A stretch of 64,000 nucleotides of DNA from the IMG/VR virus record IMGVR_UViG_3300042934_000594, positions 62,001-126,000 of that record; one strand, 5' to 3'. The notes under the pieces were generated by a model. That model did not search any database, was not told the DNA's origin, and was given only the letters and a program-made list of their open reading frames with translations. The position numbers and the translations under genes were made by a program. Positions 63,689 through 64,000 of this stretch are shown here, piece by piece. Position 1 is the first letter of the stretch, and each line of letters opens with the position of its first letter.

Positions 63689-64000
63689 ATGATGAGCAAG
63701 TCGTCTCTGATGCAATACATCTCTAAAGAAGAGTTCGAAGGCGAACAGCCTGACGAAGTCGTTCAGGAAATGGGGCTGGAAATCCCCGAAGTACAACCGG
63801 ATGTCACGGAAGAAGTCGTGGCTGAAGCGGTGGAAGACGCCGAGTTCGAAGGCGAAGAAGAAGCCGAGCTGGCTGACGGCATCGACGAAGCCGGTGCTGC
63901 TTTGACCGAAGCCAACGACGAAGTTGCGGCCATCGAGCACTTCACCACCCTGCTCGAGCACGGCCTCAAGCACAAGCAGTTCAACCCACAGTTCGCGGTT
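63689..64000 (+). CDS. Inner-head protein paralog, 3'-truncated by window (absent from the ORF track)
   Basis: My translation: MMSKSSLMQYISKEEFEGEQPDEVVQEMGLE...AAIEHFTTLLEHGLKHKQFNPQFAV; acidic propeptide, frame open to the window end. Confidence 0.75.
   Translation, partial: MMSKSSLMQYISKEEFEGEQPDEVVQEMGLEIPEVQPDVTEEVVAEAVEDAEFEGEEEAELADGIDEAGAALTEANDEVAAIEHFTTLLEHGLKHKQFNPQFAV

Noticed and set aside
1-64000. tRNA/rRNA genes or an alternative genetic code
   Set aside because: No cloverleaf or rRNA-like segment was seen, and core genes are full length under the standard code with all three stop codons used.

Overview
A 64-kb segment of a GC-rich, nucleus-forming phiKZ-like jumbo phage (Chimalliviridae). 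Gene order follows the phiKZ gp39-gp97 block: the 3' end of tubulin PhuZ; two Mtd-like virion proteins; a tandem run of small hypothetical genes; the polymerase half of a split family-B DNA polymerase; chimallin (ChmA); four non-virion RNA polymerase subunits; SbcD-like nuclease; the import factor PicA/Imp1; an SF2 helicase; a virion RNAP beta' fragment; the exonuclease/motif-A half of the DNA polymerase; baseplate genes; and an expanded array of protease-processed inner-head paralogs. phiKZ gp numbers are assigned from recalled motifs and synteny, not from a database search. The most interesting unexplained signal is an in-frame A_AAA_AAG slippery heptamer near the end of the DNA-polymerase exonuclease gene. 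A -1 shift there would fuse the subunit to a start-codon-less, NADAR-like domain that is coupled to a MazG-like gene, suggesting a replisome-tethered DNA de-ADP-ribosylase (anti-DarTG). Other signals: a second probable -1 frameshift (gp77/gp76-like, tail-chaperone G/GT style); about 11 highly diverged copies of one small domain at 3.5-9 kb; a family of hairpins flanked by CGRCATA/TATGYCG instead of U-tracts; and a conserved early-promoter motif upstream of the nucleus and nvRNAP genes. No tRNA, rRNA, CRISPR array, intron or IS element was seen.
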